Assembly: GCA_045632465.1 (NCBI GenBank)
Contig: JAZQWS010000068.1
Coordinates: 1-43,254 of the forward strand
Origin: Eubacteriales bacterium
Lineage (GTDB): Bacteria; Bacillota; Clostridia; Oscillospirales; CAG-272
Direction: 5' to 3'
Length of the DNA: 43,254 nucleotides
The translations under genes were made by a program, and so were the position numbers. The notes beneath the pieces were generated by a model. It worked only from the letters and a program-made list of their open reading frames with translations, did no database searches and was not told the origin of the DNA. The number at the start of each line of letters is the position of its first letter. Position 1 is the stretch's first letter. Below are positions 43,073-43,254 of the stretch, one piece after another.

Positions 43073-43254
43073 ATGGAAAAAGTTTTTACCAAAAGTATTA
43101 GAAATGTTGCACTCCTCGGACATAGCGGGGGTGGAAAGACGACGCTCGCGGAGTCCATGCTATATATTTCGCGCTTAACGGATCGTCCCGGTACAATTGC
43201 AGACGGAAACACCGTTTGTGACTATGATCCGGAAGAGATAAAAAGGGGTTATTC
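43073..43254 (+). CDS. fusA: Elongation factor G-like GTPase (EF-G2/FusA paralogue), 3'-truncated by window edge
   Basis: Hand-translated MEKVFTKSIRNVALLGHSGGGKTTLAESMLY...GNTVCDYDPEEIKRG; not preceded by rpsL-rpsG; AGGAG RBS. Confidence 0.85.
   Translation, partial: MEKVFTKSIRNVALLGHSGGGKTTLAESMLYISRLTDRPGTIADGNTVCDYDPEEIKRGY

Noticed and set aside
1-43254. CRISPR arrays, tRNA/rRNA, riboswitches, IS elements, tandem repeats
   Set aside because: None recognised by eye; intergenic regions are short and mostly explained by promoters and terminators. An Rfam/tRNAscan/CRISPR scan would be needed to exclude small RNAs formally

Overview
Chromosomal window from a low-GC Gram-positive, Clostridia-like bacterium; the family (Oscillospiraceae/Ruminococcaceae-like) is inferred from gene content only. 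It carries spore-cortex genes, so it is probably a spore former. No tRNA/rRNA, CRISPR array, prophage or IS element is recognisable. Layout: (1) 1-7.4 kb accessory glycan/hydrolase region (5'-truncated DUF4838 protein, AraC regulator, GH16, a 50-codon DUF5107 remnant, M14 metallopeptidase, PHP+discoidin hydrolase, TraX-family and small membrane protein). (2) 7.5-23.5 kb housekeeping run nusB, tsaD-like, xseAB, tlyA, nadK, argR, recN, murB, whiA, dnaE, CvpA, ClpE-like ATPase, Mrp, with several usual neighbours missing. (3) 23.6-28.5 kb minus-strand cluster: a SleC spore cortex-lytic enzyme split into a stand-alone pre-domain gene and a 'mature-form' gene, a peptidoglycan-binding-only protein and ClpC. 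(4) prs, Rrf2 regulator, lgt, folD, rpsU. (5) AraC/fucI/GH20 islet. (6) pdaA, XRE-TPR regulator, xerC, membrane protein, cwlD, radA and the start of an EF-G paralogue. The two most interesting observations are the split SleC that appears to lack its pro-sequence, and a hairpin upstream of cwlD that hides its ribosome-binding site and contains a sigmaE-like -10, a possible promoter-choice translational switch. All family calls come from motif recognition by eye; no searches were run.
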